64,000 bases of DNA from Candidatus Multivoradales bacterium (GTDB lineage Bacteria > Acidobacteriota > Thermoanaerobaculia > Multivoradales > J023). A program made the translations under genes and the position numbers. The first letter of the stretch is position 1; each line of letters opens with the position of its first letter. The notes beneath the pieces were generated by a model. It was given only the letters and a program-made list of their open reading frames with translations, ran no database searches and was not told the origin of the DNA. Below are positions 18,138 to 29,004 of this stretch, one piece after another. The stretch covers positions 928,001 through 992,000 of the forward strand of contig CBDFLE010000005.1 in assembly GCA_965248925.1 (NCBI GenBank), given 5' to 3'.

Positions 18138-19193
18138 TCACTGCTCCAGGAACTTGATTTTGCGGAGACCCTTTTCAATCCCGTGAACATCTACGGTCGG
18201 TGGCCCGCCACTCTTCGACGTCGCTCGGAACGTCACCGTCGCCCCATTAGGCCCACGCGCAGTGAAGATGCCCGGTCTGACTTCTGTCACCGGGTTCGAC
18301 CCCCTCAAGTTGTCGAATAGCTTGCGAGCGTCGCCCGCGTCCCCGGCAACTTCTCGAATGCCCTTGCTCTTGCCCGCGCGCCCAAGAGAAGTCAGTCCCC
18401 CCCTTGCGCCCGCTCTTGCTGCGCCAGCAGCAGCAGCTGATTTTTTCAGTTTCTTTGCATTTCTAACGGCTCCTACGAGTTTCACTCCCCTACCGGCAAC
18501 CTTCAAGAGTCCTAGACCTGTGGCACCGGCCACAGCCCCAGTGACGAAAGCCCCGGCTACGCCTGTTGTGAGCTCTTCTCCTGAAAGCGCGTTGCTCGCA
18601 ATTTGAATCCCAACATCTACGACTCCGCCAAGAAATGCAGTTACCAGAAAGCCAAGCCTTCCGTCAGGGTCTACCTGGTTGATTGGACTGTTGCTCACGT
18701 AAGAGAAGCGATTCCAACTCTGTGGTGAGGACCGGCTACCCAGAGATGGATCGACACTCAAGAACCGCCCCACCACCGGGCTGCAATGCCGAGCATGCAT
18801 ATAGTCCAGCTCGCTCCTCACCCCGGTCCCGGTCTTGTCTCGCTCGTGCCCGGTGAACTTCAGCACAACCTCATCTTGTGCGGCGCTGGTCGCCTCTTGA
18901 CCAAACGGGTAGTAGTTGTGCAACGCCACCTGCTGTCCGCCTCGGGTGAAGGGGACAGCCCGACGCGGTTTCCAGCTTGAGAGCTGGTAACCCTCTATGC
19001 CTGTTCTACTTAAGCCTCGCTCGGCCCTACTGCCGGCGGGGTCTTGGTGCTCGAAGGTCCAGAGGCGAGTTTCGGCGTAGCTCGACTCGGAGATCGGCGC
19101 GATCGCTGTTGCCGGCATCGTCACCGCCAGGAGCGCGACGACCAGCCCGAGCGCCATCGTCCAAGTGCTTCTTCCTTTAGCTGCCTGCCTCAT
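18138..19193 (-). CDS. Orphan Rhs module, tip B (hydrophobic segment + small basic domain, putative nuclease)
   Basis: Core ending SPINQVDPDG; Gly/Ala hydrophobic helices; terminal FRATSKSGGPPTVDV..KIKF. Confidence 0.85.
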   Translation of the reverse strand: MRQAAKGRSTWTMALGLVVALLAVTMPATAIAPISESSYAETRLWTFEHQDPAGSRAERGLSRTGIEGYQLSSWKPRRAVPFTRGGQQVALHNYYPFGQEATSAAQDEVVLKFTGHERDKTGTGVRSELDYMHARHCSPVVGRFLSVDPSLGSRSSPQSWNRFSYVSNSPINQVDPDGRLGFLVTAFLGGVVDVGIQIASNALSGEELTTGVAGAFVTGAVAGATGLGLLKVAGRGVKLVGAVRNAKKLKKSAAAAGAARAGARGGLTSLGRAGKSKGIREVAGDAGDARKLFDNLRGSNPVTEVRPGIFTARGPNGATVTFRATSKSGGPPTVDVHGIEKGLRKIKFLEQ

Positions 19194-19721
19194 GCCGGGC
19201 CATTCTACGCCGCGGGTGGCGCTCGAAGACAGCGGCTAAAGGAGGAAGGGTGGTTGGTGCGGAGGCGGGATGCGGTTTTCTTAGGCCGCTTTCTTCGGGC
19301 AGTGGGTGTTTTCTTAGGTCGTTTTCGTCGGGCTGGTCGTCGGAGCGAGCGCGGGTCTTTCCGGCAGTTTGGTGCCGGCGGCGCAGCCGCCAAACCAATC
19401 TGCACGTTGGGGGCGTGGTGGCGGCGGGGCCGGAGCCGAGCACGGCGACCGCAGGGCGCCGCGCGCAGGGTACGGAGGCCACGACGCAGGGCGGGTCTTG
19501 GGAGGAGGATGGGGAGCCCCCTTGAGGGGGCGGACGGGGCCGGGCCGAGCCGTCGCAGTGCTGGCTGGTGGATCTCGGCAAGGAGGCCCGGAGCGGGGCG
19601 TGGTTCCGAAGCCGCTGACCATCGCAGGCTCGCGGAGTGCTCACCCCAAGTTCCCTCTGTGCCAATGTAGGTGAGACACTCCCGTACCGATAAATTAGTG
19701 AGGGCGTGGAGAGCAAACACC

Positions 19722-20135
19722 ATGGCGAGTCCAAGCCACGAGCTGCGAGATATGAGTGCTGACCGACCAGATCCCGAGGTAACTGAGAAGGCGAAGCGGC
19801 GGCGGTACAGCGCGTCGTACAAGCTGAGCATCGTCCAGGCCGCCGACGCCTGTAGCAAAGCCGGCGAGATTGGCGCCCTGCTTCGCCGGGAGGGTCTGTA
19901 TTCCTCACTCCTATCGAAGTGGCGCCAGCAACGCGATGCCAGTGCTCTGGCCGGTCTGTCGAAGAAGCGCGGTCGCAAGCGTCGACCGGTCTCTGCCGAG
20001 GCCCGCCGCGTCGCGGAGCTTGAGCGTGAGAATGCCCGGCTCAAGCATCAGCTGTACAAAGCCGAGACGATCATCGATGTCCAAAAAAAACTTTCCCGGC
20101 TGCTAGGGATCGAGCCGAGCGAGAGCCAGCCATGA
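19722..20135 (+). CDS. IS3-family transposase OrfA
   Basis: Near-identical to 10398-10811. Confidence 0.85.
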   Translation: MASPSHELRDMSADRPDPEVTEKAKRRRYSASYKLSIVQAADACSKAGEIGALLRREGLYSSLLSKWRQQRDASALAGLSKKRGRKRRPVSAEARRVAELERENARLKHQLYKAETIIDVQKKLSRLLGIEPSESQP

Positions 20136-21253
20136 GCGCTGTGGCGCCGCTGGCCGAGACGGTGGGGGTGCAAGCAGCCTGCGTCGCCTTGGCGGTCCCC
20201 AGAGCCACTTTCTATCGCCGCCGTCGGCAGCAGAGCGCAGGGCCGCAGCTATCAACGCGGCCTCGACCGCCGCTGGCATTGACGCCCGCTGAACGCCAGG
20301 AGGTCCTCGATGTGTTGCACTCGGAGCGCTTCGTCGACCGCTCGCCGCGTCAAGTCTGGGCGGCGCTGCTGGACGAGGATCAGCGCCATATCTGCTCGGT
20401 GCGCACCATGTACCGGGTCCTGGAGTCTGAGGGCGAGCTGCGCGAGCGACGCCGTCAGCGGCGTCATCCCAACTACACCAAGCCCGAACTGCTGGCCACA
20501 GGGCCGAACGAGGTGTGGTCGTGGGACATCACCAAGCTCAAGGGCCCGGTGAAGTGGACCCACTACTACCTTTACGTAATTCTGGACGTCTTCAGCCGCT
20601 ACATCGTCGGCTGGATGCTCGCCTGCCGCGAGTCCGGAGGGCTCGCGAAGCGGTTGATCGCCGACAGTGTTGAGAAGCAAGGTGTTGAGCGAGATCGACT
20701 TACCTTGCACTCGGACCGCGGTTCGAGCATGACATCCAAGCCAGTGGCTCTACTGCTGGCCGATCTCGGGATGACACGGTCGCTGAACCGGCCCTACACG
20801 AGCAACGACAATCCGTTCTCTGAGGCCCAGTTCAAGACGCTCAAGTACCATCCGAGCTTTCCCGACCGCTTCGGATCACTGGAAGATGCACGAGCATTCT
20901 GCCGCTCGTTCATCGGCTGGTACAACACGCAGCACTACCACACAGGACTCGGCTTGTTGACGCCAGAGACCGTCCACTACGGCCTCACGGCCTCAGTACT
21001 GGAGCAACGTCGAGAAGTCCTCGCCGCCGCCTCAGCCGCTCATCCAAGCCGCTTCAAGCGGCGAGCGCCGGCTTTGCCGGAGCCCAGTGACAAGGTCTGG
21101 ATCAACCCGCCGACCACCGCCGCCAGCACTGACCCAGTCGATACCGAGAACGTAGTGACACACCGCGTACACAACGACGCACCAGGCGAGACCCCTGGCT
21201 GCGCGCCCTCGCTGAAAGCGATGGTGCCGGAGCCACTACCGATTCCGTACTAA
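20132..21253 (+). CDS. IS3-family transposase OrfB
   Basis: Same protein as 10808-11929. Confidence 0.92.
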   Translation: MSAVAPLAETVGVQAACVALAVPRATFYRRRRQQSAGPQLSTRPRPPLALTPAERQEVLDVLHSERFVDRSPRQVWAALLDEDQRHICSVRTMYRVLESEGELRERRRQRRHPNYTKPELLATGPNEVWSWDITKLKGPVKWTHYYLYVILDVFSRYIVGWMLACRESGGLAKRLIADSVEKQGVERDRLTLHSDRGSSMTSKPVALLLADLGMTRSLNRPYTSNDNPFSEAQFKTLKYHPSFPDRFGSLEDARAFCRSFIGWYNTQHYHTGLGLLTPETVHYGLTASVLEQRREVLAAASAAHPSRFKRRAPALPEPSDKVWINPPTTAASTDPVDTENVVTHRVHNDAPGETPGCAPSLKAMVPEPLPIPY

Positions 21254-21892
21254 TTCCCAGAAGAAAGTGTCTCACTTTCATTGACACATTCCGGTTTCCA
21301 TAATGCACGCGTTATGGAAAGGCCGTAGGCCCGGAGCCGGGGCGTGTGAGGGCCAGGTCGGATAGGGCGCGCACTATCGGACAGCGACCCATGCAAGCCG
21401 CGTGACATCTGGGAGGTCCGAGGAGGGGCCCAGGTGGCGCGCGGCTTGCGGAGCGGCTGGCCCGTGCCCGGAGGGAGCGCAGCGACCGGAGGGACACACG
21501 CCCCGGCGGAGCTTGGGGCGAGCTTTCGGAGACTCTTTGCCTATTCCGACGAAACTGACCAGCCATTCCGATCGAAACCGACCACTTGTCGGAGCGAAGC
21601 GACGCTGGCGCTCTCCTCAGTTGTAAGTGTCCACTTTCGCTGTAGCTGGAGCCCTCCTTCCGGCTCTTCTTCTTGATTGATTGTATTCAAATAACCCGTC
21701 GTCGGGGCTGTGCGTAGCTGTGGGAAACGCAGGTTGGGGGGCAGGGGGGCGTTTTCCAAGCGGTTGTGGGAATCGCAGAGCGATTTCCACAACCGCGGCA
21801 GCTTCCACAGTCCATCTTGGGTCGGGTCCGGATCGGGCCGCAGGCCCGCTGATGGGTCAGGATCGGCGATCGCTTCAGCATGCTCTTGGATC

Positions 21893-22657
21893 TCACCTTG
21901 CCTCTCGCTGGGCGGCCTTGCGAATACCGCCGGCTCTCTTCGCCCGCATGGAGTCACCGTCCACCGCGAGCTTGTAGGCGCCGTGGACAATGCGATCGAG
22001 GATGGCGTCGGCCAAGGTCGGATCGCCGATGACCTCGTACCAGCTCTCAACCGGTAGCTGGGAGGTCACCAGCGTGGAGCGGTTGCCGTAGCGGTCCTCA
22101 AGAATCTCGAGCAGGTCGCGCCGCTCGCTGGCCCCGATCGGCGCCAGCCCCCAGTCGTCGAGGATGAGCAGGTCTGTGCGAGCATAGCTCTTGAGCAGCT
22201 TCTCGTAGCTACCATCACCCCGCGCGATGGCGAGCTGGCGAAACAGCCTCGGCACCCGCAGGTACAAAGCGGTGTAACCCTCCCGACATGCCTTGTGCGC
22301 GAAGGCGCAGGCGAGAAAGGTCTTGCCCACCCCGGCCTTGCCGGTGATCAGCACGTTGAGATGCTCGGCGATCCACTGGCACGAGGCCAGGCGCAGGATC
22401 TGGCCTTTGTCCAGGCCCCTCTTGGCTCGCCAGTCGATGTCTTCGATGGCCGCCTGCTCGCGCAGCTTGGCTTTTCGCAACCGCGCTATCAAGCGGCGGC
22501 TGGATCGCTCGGTCGCTTCGCGCTCGACCAGCAGCCCGAGGCGCTCTTCGAAGGAGAGCTCTGAGACATCGACCATCGACAGCTGCTCCTCAAAGGCTTT
22601 GGCCATACCGTGGAGCTTGAGCGCGGCGAGTTGATCGAGCGTCGCGTGCCTCAGCAT
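21893..22657 (-). CDS. istB: IS21 helper ATPase
   Basis: GKAGVGKT Walker A, LLILDDWG Walker B, TLVTSQLP, ADAILDRIVH. Confidence 0.93.
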   Translation of the reverse strand: MLRHATLDQLAALKLHGMAKAFEEQLSMVDVSELSFEERLGLLVEREATERSSRRLIARLRKAKLREQAAIEDIDWRAKRGLDKGQILRLASCQWIAEHLNVLITGKAGVGKTFLACAFAHKACREGYTALYLRVPRLFRQLAIARGDGSYEKLLKSYARTDLLILDDWGLAPIGASERRDLLEILEDRYGNRSTLVTSQLPVESWYEVIGDPTLADAILDRIVHGAYKLAVDGDSMRAKRAGGIRKAAQREAR

Positions 22658-24225
22658 GGCGGCGTCTCCTCGCGGCGCGCGGCACTGTAGTAGCTGGCGC
22701 CGCGGACGTTGCGGTGCTCGATCGGCGCCGTCACTTCGGTGGGCTCGGGCGCTGCTTGCTGGTCCAGGCCGCTCTTCAGGATCGACTTCACGCTCTTGTA
22801 GGACAGGCCGTGAATGGCGAGCGCGCGGCGGCACGCAGCCTCCAAACGATTGGCACCATAGGTCTTGCCCAGGCGCATCAGCCCCAGACACGAGCGAAAG
22901 CCGTGCTGAGGATGGGAGCGGTTAAGCATGATGGTCTCCACCAGTTCGGCCGTCGCCTGGCCTGTTTTCGCCGCCCAGCTGATCAGCCGTGTCGGTGTCC
23001 ACTCCAGGTACGCCTGGTGCGCTTTGGGCATGTGCTCGCTTTGGGTCGTGTGCCGGCCCCGACACCGATTCCGGCGATGAGCAGCCACACGCTTGCCGCG
23101 ATCGAGCACCTCCACCAGTTGCGCCGTCGCCCGCAGATCGAGCTGCTTCTTGATCAGCTGGTACGGCACACTGTAATAGTGGCCCTCGAACTCGACGTGG
23201 TAGTCCGGGGCAACGCGTACCTTCTTCCATTCGGCAAGCTCGTAGGGCTGGAGCGGCAAAGCACCCAGAGCAGGACGATCGACCTGCTCGAACAGCGCTC
23301 GGCGCGAGACGCCCAACACCTTCAGCGGACGGTCGTTAAGCTCGACCAGAAGCTTCGCGATGCTCTCGTTGAGCTCTCGCAGGCTGAAGAACTGCTGGTT
23401 ACGCAGCCGGGCCAGAATCCAGCGCTCCACTTGCAATACACCGTTTTCGACCTTCGCCTTGTCTTGGGGCTTCCTCACCCGCGCCGGCACCACCGCCACG
23501 CCGTAGTGCTCGGCCAACTCCGCGTAGGTGCGATTGATCTCCGGCTCGTAGCGGCACGGGCTGGTCACGCCGCTCTTCAGATTGTCCGGCACCACCAGCT
23601 CGCTCACCCCGCCCAGAGCCGCGAAGGTCCGCACATGAGAGCCGAGCCAGTCCTCCAGGCCCTGGCTCCACGTTGCCTCGGCATAGGTGTAGTTGCTCGC
23701 CCCCAGCACCGCCACGAAGATCTGCGCTTCGCGCTCTTTGCCAGTCGCCGGGTCGATCACCCTCACGGTCTGTCCGGCGTAGTCGACGAACAGCTTCTCG
23801 CCCGCCCGGTAGGCTTGGCGCAGGCACACATCCAGGCGACCTTCCCAGATCCGGTACAGCTGACAGAAGCGGCTGAAACCGTAGCCGTCGGGATGGTCCT
23901 CCCGGTACTCTTGCCACAGCAGCGACAGGGTTACGCCCTTCTTCTTCAGCTCGCCATGCACCTTGGTCCAGTCGGGCAAGGCTCGCTGACTACCCCTCCG
24001 AAGCGGCTGCGGCCGAGGGTACAGGCGTTGCTCCAGCTCAGCGTCGCTCAAAGCTGCTACTTGCTCCCAGCTCAGGCCTTCAACCTTGGCTCGCAGCAGG
24101 TAGTTGCACACCGTCCCGTGGCCCAGCCGAACCGACCGTCCGATCTGGCGGTGCGACAGGCCATGCTGCCATTTCAGTCTCAGTACCTCGCGTATCTTGC
24201 GCATCGATGTCCTCACTCTCGGCAT
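22651..24225 (-). CDS. istA: IS21 transposase
   Basis: MRKIREVLRL HTH, LFVDYAG, VPDNLKSGV, KAKVENGV. Confidence 0.93.
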   Translation of the reverse strand: MPRVRTSMRKIREVLRLKWQHGLSHRQIGRSVRLGHGTVCNYLLRAKVEGLSWEQVAALSDAELEQRLYPRPQPLRRGSQRALPDWTKVHGELKKKGVTLSLLWQEYREDHPDGYGFSRFCQLYRIWEGRLDVCLRQAYRAGEKLFVDYAGQTVRVIDPATGKEREAQIFVAVLGASNYTYAEATWSQGLEDWLGSHVRTFAALGGVSELVVPDNLKSGVTSPCRYEPEINRTYAELAEHYGVAVVPARVRKPQDKAKVENGVLQVERWILARLRNQQFFSLRELNESIAKLLVELNDRPLKVLGVSRRALFEQVDRPALGALPLQPYELAEWKKVRVAPDYHVEFEGHYYSVPYQLIKKQLDLRATAQLVEVLDRGKRVAAHRRNRCRGRHTTQSEHMPKAHQAYLEWTPTRLISWAAKTGQATAELVETIMLNRSHPQHGFRSCLGLMRLGKTYGANRLEAACRRALAIHGLSYKSVKSILKSGLDQQAAPEPTEVTAPIEHRNVRGASYYSAARREETPPC

Positions 24226-24644
24226 CCAATCCTCCTTTCAAGGAGGCTGGAATACCCCAATTGTGAGGAGCGCGCTACCGTCGAACTCCGCCGTGGCCAG
24301 GATTCCGATCCAATCTGACCACCCATTCCGATCGACCCGGAAAAGTGGTCACTTTCGATCGGAATCGATGGTCAGATTCCGTTGGAATCACTGGTCACTT
24401 TCAATCGGAATCGGTGGTCGGTTTCCGTCGGTGCAGGCAGACTCTTTTCTTGGACTACCTGAAGCCTCGCTCCGGGCCGGTGATCGGAGGGCTCAGGTGG
24501 TGGATCGCAGATGCTCGGGCCGGGGCGGGCAGGGGTGACAAAACAAACACCGCCGAGGGCTGCGTGGCCCGCGAACGGAGGACGGCGCAGCCGGCCGCAG
24601 CGCGGGACGCGCAGACCCGGACCGCTTCGGGTGGCGGGCGGGGG

Positions 24645-25718
24645 TCAGTCCTCCGCCTCGGTCTCGACTACATCGAGTAAGTCCTCGGCGGTCACTTCAT
24701 CGCTGCCGTCTTCTTCTGTCGGCGGTGCCACCCGCCGCCCTAGCTTCGCGCCCGGATGGGTTGCCGAGTGGATCGACTTCAGTTTGCGGATCGATACCTG
24801 AGTGTAAATCTGCGTCGTCTCCAGCTTGGCATGGCCGAGCATCTGCTGAATGAAGCGGATATCCGCACCACCTTCGAGCATCAGCGTCGCCATCGTGTGG
24901 CGGAAGAGATGGCAAGCGCCCGACTTGCCGAGATCGGCGGCGAGCACGTAGCCGCGCACCAGCTGACTCATTCGCGACGGAGCAAACGGCGTCCCCTGGT
25001 TGGTGAGAAAGAGCGTCCCGCCGTCCGGCTCGACCATCAGCGACGGCCGTACCTCAGTGACGTAGCGATCGATCCAGGCCAGCGCCCGCTCGCCGATCGG
25101 GATCATCCAGTCTTTCCGCCCCTTGCCCTGGCGCACCATCACCGTTCCGCGTTCGATGTCGAGATCGTAACGGCCGAGGCCGATCAGCTCAGCCCGGCGC
25201 ATGCCGGTCGAGTAGAAGACTTCAAGGATCGTCCGGTCGCGCATCCCGAGCGGGTCGACGGTGTCGGGCTGGTTGAGCACCTGGTCGGCTTCAGAGGCGG
25301 TCAGCACCGCCGCCGGCAGCCGGTGCTCCAGCTTCGGTAGCTCCAGCTCCGAGGCCGGGTTGTAGAGCAGGTGGTTGGCCCGAGTCGCCCACTTGAAGAA
25401 AGCCCGCACCGGCACCAGCCGCGAGTGCTGCGCCCGGAAAGACAGCGGCCGCCCGTCCCCAGGCTTGCGGTAGTGGTAGAGCCACCTGGCGTAGCGCTCC
25501 AGGATCGGCTTGGTCACTTCCGACGGCCGCGACACCCCACGCTCTTCACACCATGCGATGAGAAACGAGAGGTATAGATGCCGGTTCTCAACGGTTCGTG
25601 GAGAGTAGTTCTTGATCGCCATCCACTCCAGGTACTGGCCGGCCATCACCGCGAAACCCCGAGGGTCGGTTGGATTGCCCGGCAAGAGGCGGATCTTGCG
25701 CTCGCCACGGCGCGGCAT
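24645..25718 (-). CDS. XerC/D-like tyrosine recombinase
   Basis: Same protein as 12412-13485. Confidence 0.95.
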   Translation of the reverse strand: MPRRGERKIRLLPGNPTDPRGFAVMAGQYLEWMAIKNYSPRTVENRHLYLSFLIAWCEERGVSRPSEVTKPILERYARWLYHYRKPGDGRPLSFRAQHSRLVPVRAFFKWATRANHLLYNPASELELPKLEHRLPAAVLTASEADQVLNQPDTVDPLGMRDRTILEVFYSTGMRRAELIGLGRYDLDIERGTVMVRQGKGRKDWMIPIGERALAWIDRYVTEVRPSLMVEPDGGTLFLTNQGTPFAPSRMSQLVRGYVLAADLGKSGACHLFRHTMATLMLEGGADIRFIQQMLGHAKLETTQIYTQVSIRKLKSIHSATHPGAKLGRRVAPPTEEDGSDEVTAEDLLDVVETEAED

Positions 25719-28700
25719 CAGGCCCCCTCGACCGCCGCCGAGCCGCCGGTACGACGCCCAGGTTTACGACATGACGGGCCGTTTTCTCGCTCCCCCTTAT
25801 ATGCGTTTTTTGCCGAAACTCCACGATTTCCGGCCGAAGTTGTTGATTCTGCTTGGGAAACTGCACCCCGACCACCCCCCGACACCCCCCCGACTTGGGG
25901 CCGACTTGGCCCCGACTTCTCAGCTTCAGACCCCGACTTCTTTTCGTCGTACCTGAGTGTTTCGACCTCGATCAGCCCCGGCAGTCGCGGCCGCTCCGGC
26001 TCGTCGCTGGCCACGTAAACCAGCTCGTAGACAAAGCTCTGCCCCCGCCCGCCCTGATGCACCAGCAGATACTCAAACTCCTCAAGACGGCGTAGGTGCA
26101 GCTTCAGCTGCGTATTGCCCCAGCCGGTGTGCTCGCGCACCGCCCGCCGGCTGAAACGGTAGTCCGGCCGATCCATCGCCAGCGCCTCACAGGCTTCGCT
26201 GACCATCTCGTCGATCAGCCCCAGCAGGCGCCGCGTCTGCGGCGGCAGCTCATCGAGCGAGCGCCCCAAGACTTCGTGCGCCAGGCGGTTGGCTGTCTCG
26301 ATGTCTGTGGCCACCACTTCGACGTACTCCACCTCTCGCCCGTCGACCACCGCCAGCTTCACCTCTCGCTGGTATTGATGCAAAAGAGCAATCACGTCGA
26401 TCAGCGTCAGGTACTTCTCGTGGTCCCGGCGGGTGCGGATTTGCGTATCGAGAAAGGTAAGTTCCGGAGCAAAGGGATTGACCACCGCCAGCGGCCGCAG
26501 CAGCCGCTGCGCGTTCTGGTGCAGCGCCATCACCCCGTCGCGCCGGGTGCGCGAGAGTAGCCCCTCCAGCGTCCGCCGCTGCCGCTGCAGCCGGTGAATC
26601 GCCCGCGTCTGCTCTCGCGCCTCGTCCACCGAGAGCACCAAGCAGCGATTCAAAAGCTCTTCATCGATGTCGATTGCCGTGGTCGTCAAGAAGATCATCA
26701 CCGGCCCTTCGACGTGGTACTCGTGCGTCACCAGCTTGCCCGTTGAAGCATCCTTGCCGGTCGAGGCAATCGTCAGCTCGCCCTCCGACTGAAGCAGCTT
26801 CAAGGCGTAGCTAGCCCGCTCGGCCCCCTCCTCCTCGACGATCGCCAGGATCTTGTGCTGCAGATCCGTTTCGCCCATGTAGAACAGCGATTGCCCGGTC
26901 ATCGCCGAGTACTTCACTTGCTGCTCACCTGGCATCAGCGACAGCACCGCCTCCATCAGCGCCGACTTACCGGCCGCTGAGCTGGACTGCACCACCACCG
27001 CCAGCGGCCGTTCCAGGAAACGCGAGGTCGACGCCAGGTAGCCCATCAGCTTGTTGACCTCCTCGCCCACCACCCCGCAGCGCTCGAAGTCCGCGAGGAT
27101 GCGCACCAAGAGATCTGGTGAGCGCAGCAGCTCAAGCGCCGCTTCCTTCTCTCCCTCTGACAGCTCCACCGCCGTCGACTGCGGCTCGAGTGCTGAGCGG
27201 ATCTGCTCGTCCTGCAGCTCCTCGAGCTTCAGCAGCACCTTGCCCAGATCCTTCTTGACCACCTGCTCCTCGACCCCCAGCTCAGCGGCTGCCGCCCGCT
27301 GAAACACCGCCCGCGGCCGCGCCGCGTAGAGATCGAAAGTGTCGACGTGGAAGGCGTCGCCCCGCGACGCCAGGACGTTGACCTTGAGCACGTCGTAGGC
27401 CAGATTCTTCGGCAGACCGCGAATGCGGTAGCGGCGATCGCCGAGCGACAAGACCACCTCCTGGTCGCGCACCTCAGCCGGCATATCTGGCGGAGGCGGT
27501 GCGGGCAGTGGGGAGGCTTCGGCCGGGGCGGGCAGTGCCAATACCGCCTCTCCGGCGGTATTCGATGATGTCAGCTGCTCTGTTGGTGGAGCCATTACCG
27601 CCTCTGCGGCTGTGTTTGGCCGTACCGTTGGCGCGATTAGGCCAGCTGTTGGCCCAAACCCCGGTTTCACGCCCGGCGGCTTGCCTTTGCCGAGCCACTG
27701 TGCTTTGCGGATCACCACCCCCAGCGACTTCGCCGCCGGGGTCACCTTCAGCGCGTACTCGTTGGCATCCATGCCACGCGGAAATTGGATTCGGTAGCAG
27801 TCGATCCCGGCACCCACCAGCTTCTCGGCCAGCTTCCCGGCGGCCTTCTCGCCGGCATCGTCACGGTCGTAGGCGATCAGCACCCGCTCGACTCCGTGGC
27901 CACCGAAGGCTGCCAGCATCTCCGCGGTGAAACCCTGGATGCCGTAGGCGCTGGTGACGTTACGGTAACCCGCACACCAGAAAGTCAGAGCGTCGATCAG
28001 CGACTCGCAGAGGATGATCTCGGTCGAGGCCACCAGAGCTTCCGCATTAAAGATCCCTCGATGTGGACCCGGCAGATAGAGATGCAAGGGCGTCCCCTTG
28101 CGAAGATTCAGTGTGATCTTGCGCCCGTAGATCTCCACCACCCGGCCACCCTTGAAGACCGGAAAGACGATCGAGCCGTTGAAGTGCTCATGACCCGACT
28201 TGCGCAGCACGCCGAGCTTCTGCAATCGACCCCGCATCTCCTTACCCGCCTTCAGCTGCTTCGATGGCAGTCGATAGCCCAGCGTCCGGTTGGCGAAGCC
28301 AAGCCTGAAATGCTCGATCATCTCCGGGTGCTTCAGCCCTCTGCTCTCCAGATAAGCCAGCGCCTCCGGGCTCTCCTTCAAAGCCTCGTGGTAGTAGCCG
28401 ACGACCTGGCCGAGCAGCTCCGCGTCCTCGACGTCCGCCACCACCGGCGAAGGCAGAGCCGGCGCCGAAGGCCGCGCCTCAGTGACCGCCGCCGCCGGCA
28501 GATCCGAGCGCAGCAGCTCGACCGCGTGGCGAAACGAAACCCCGCGATCTCGCATCACCCAATCGATCACCGAGCCACCCGCCTGGCAGGCGCCCAGGCA
28601 GTGCCACAGGTTCTTCTTCGGTGAAATGACGAGAGAGGGCTCCTTGTCGTCGTGAAACGGACAGAGGCCGAGTAGATCTGCCCCGTGCCGCTTCAGCTTC

Positions 28701-28780
28701 ACCCCCCGAGCCTGGGCCAGGCGCTCTACCGACACCTCTCGCTTTAGCCGCTCCACCTCCGCTTCCGGAATCCTGCTCAC
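25718..28780 (-). CDS. CHC2/TOPRIM primase-P-loop NTPase
   Basis: Same protein as 13485-16547. Confidence 0.9.
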   Translation of the reverse strand: MSRIPEAEVERLKREVSVERLAQARGVKLKRHGADLLGLCPFHDDKEPSLVISPKKNLWHCLGACQAGGSVIDWVMRDRGVSFRHAVELLRSDLPAAAVTEARPSAPALPSPVVADVEDAELLGQVVGYYHEALKESPEALAYLESRGLKHPEMIEHFRLGFANRTLGYRLPSKQLKAGKEMRGRLQKLGVLRKSGHEHFNGSIVFPVFKGGRVVEIYGRKITLNLRKGTPLHLYLPGPHRGIFNAEALVASTEIILCESLIDALTFWCAGYRNVTSAYGIQGFTAEMLAAFGGHGVERVLIAYDRDDAGEKAAGKLAEKLVGAGIDCYRIQFPRGMDANEYALKVTPAAKSLGVVIRKAQWLGKGKPPGVKPGFGPTAGLIAPTVRPNTAAEAVMAPPTEQLTSSNTAGEAVLALPAPAEASPLPAPPPPDMPAEVRDQEVVLSLGDRRYRIRGLPKNLAYDVLKVNVLASRGDAFHVDTFDLYAARPRAVFQRAAAAELGVEEQVVKKDLGKVLLKLEELQDEQIRSALEPQSTAVELSEGEKEAALELLRSPDLLVRILADFERCGVVGEEVNKLMGYLASTSRFLERPLAVVVQSSSAAGKSALMEAVLSLMPGEQQVKYSAMTGQSLFYMGETDLQHKILAIVEEEGAERASYALKLLQSEGELTIASTGKDASTGKLVTHEYHVEGPVMIFLTTTAIDIDEELLNRCLVLSVDEAREQTRAIHRLQRQRRTLEGLLSRTRRDGVMALHQNAQRLLRPLAVVNPFAPELTFLDTQIRTRRDHEKYLTLIDVIALLHQYQREVKLAVVDGREVEYVEVVATDIETANRLAHEVLGRSLDELPPQTRRLLGLIDEMVSEACEALAMDRPDYRFSRRAVREHTGWGNTQLKLHLRRLEEFEYLLVHQGGRGQSFVYELVYVASDEPERPRLPGLIEVETLRYDEKKSGSEAEKSGPSRPQVGGVSGGGRGAVSQAESTTSAGNRGVSAKNAYKGERENGPSCRKPGRRTGGSAAVEGA

Positions 28781-28782
28781 CC

Positions 28783-29004
28783 CTACCGCCCTCCCCAAGC
28801 CGGCGTCTCATCGTCGAGCTCTCGCCGCACCACCTGCAGCCGCCCATCTTGCCCCGACACCCGCACCCCATCCCCAGGAGCAAATCCCGCCTCTGCCAGC
28901 CACGAGCCCACCAGCAGCAGGAGCGGCGATGGCCGCTCCAGAGCCGGCGGCGCCGGCCAACCGGGGCGATAGAAGCCCGACACCCGAAGTTTCTGTTCAG
29001 ACAT
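28783..29004 (-). CDS. SymE-like protein (type B allele)
   Basis: Copy of 16550-16771. Confidence 0.7.
   Translation of the reverse strand: MSEQKLRVSGFYRPGWPAPPALERPSPLLLLVGSWLAEAGFAPGDGVRVSGQDGRLQVVRRELDDETPAWGGR

Larger units (their letters stand above)
9619..18942 (-). mobile_element. Rhs-tip element, unit B1 (7680 bp plus IS3)
   Basis: Junction-to-junction repeat, same gene order. Confidence 0.8.
19653..21293 (+). mobile_element. IS3-family insertion sequence, second copy, target duplication GTT
   Basis: Same ends and same relative site as 10329-11969. Confidence 0.9.
21538..24439 (-). mobile_element. IS21-family insertion sequence, 2902 bp, 7-bp target duplication GACTCTT
   Basis: TG..CA ends, IRs TGCCTATTCCGACGAAACTGACCA / TGCCTGCACCGACGGAAACCGACCA with internal repeats; empty site seen at about 2709. 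Confidence 0.93.

Noticed and set aside
21700-21815. Multi-hairpin GTGGGAA/TTCCAC region downstream of istB as an independent ncRNA
   Set aside because: Lies inside the IS21 ends in both copies; no evidence it is separate from the IS
22714-24318. 534-aa plus-strand ORF and other long antisense ORFs over the primase, recombinase and rhs
   Set aside because: Shadow frames of well-supported genes; the equivalent frame is broken in the second IS21 copy
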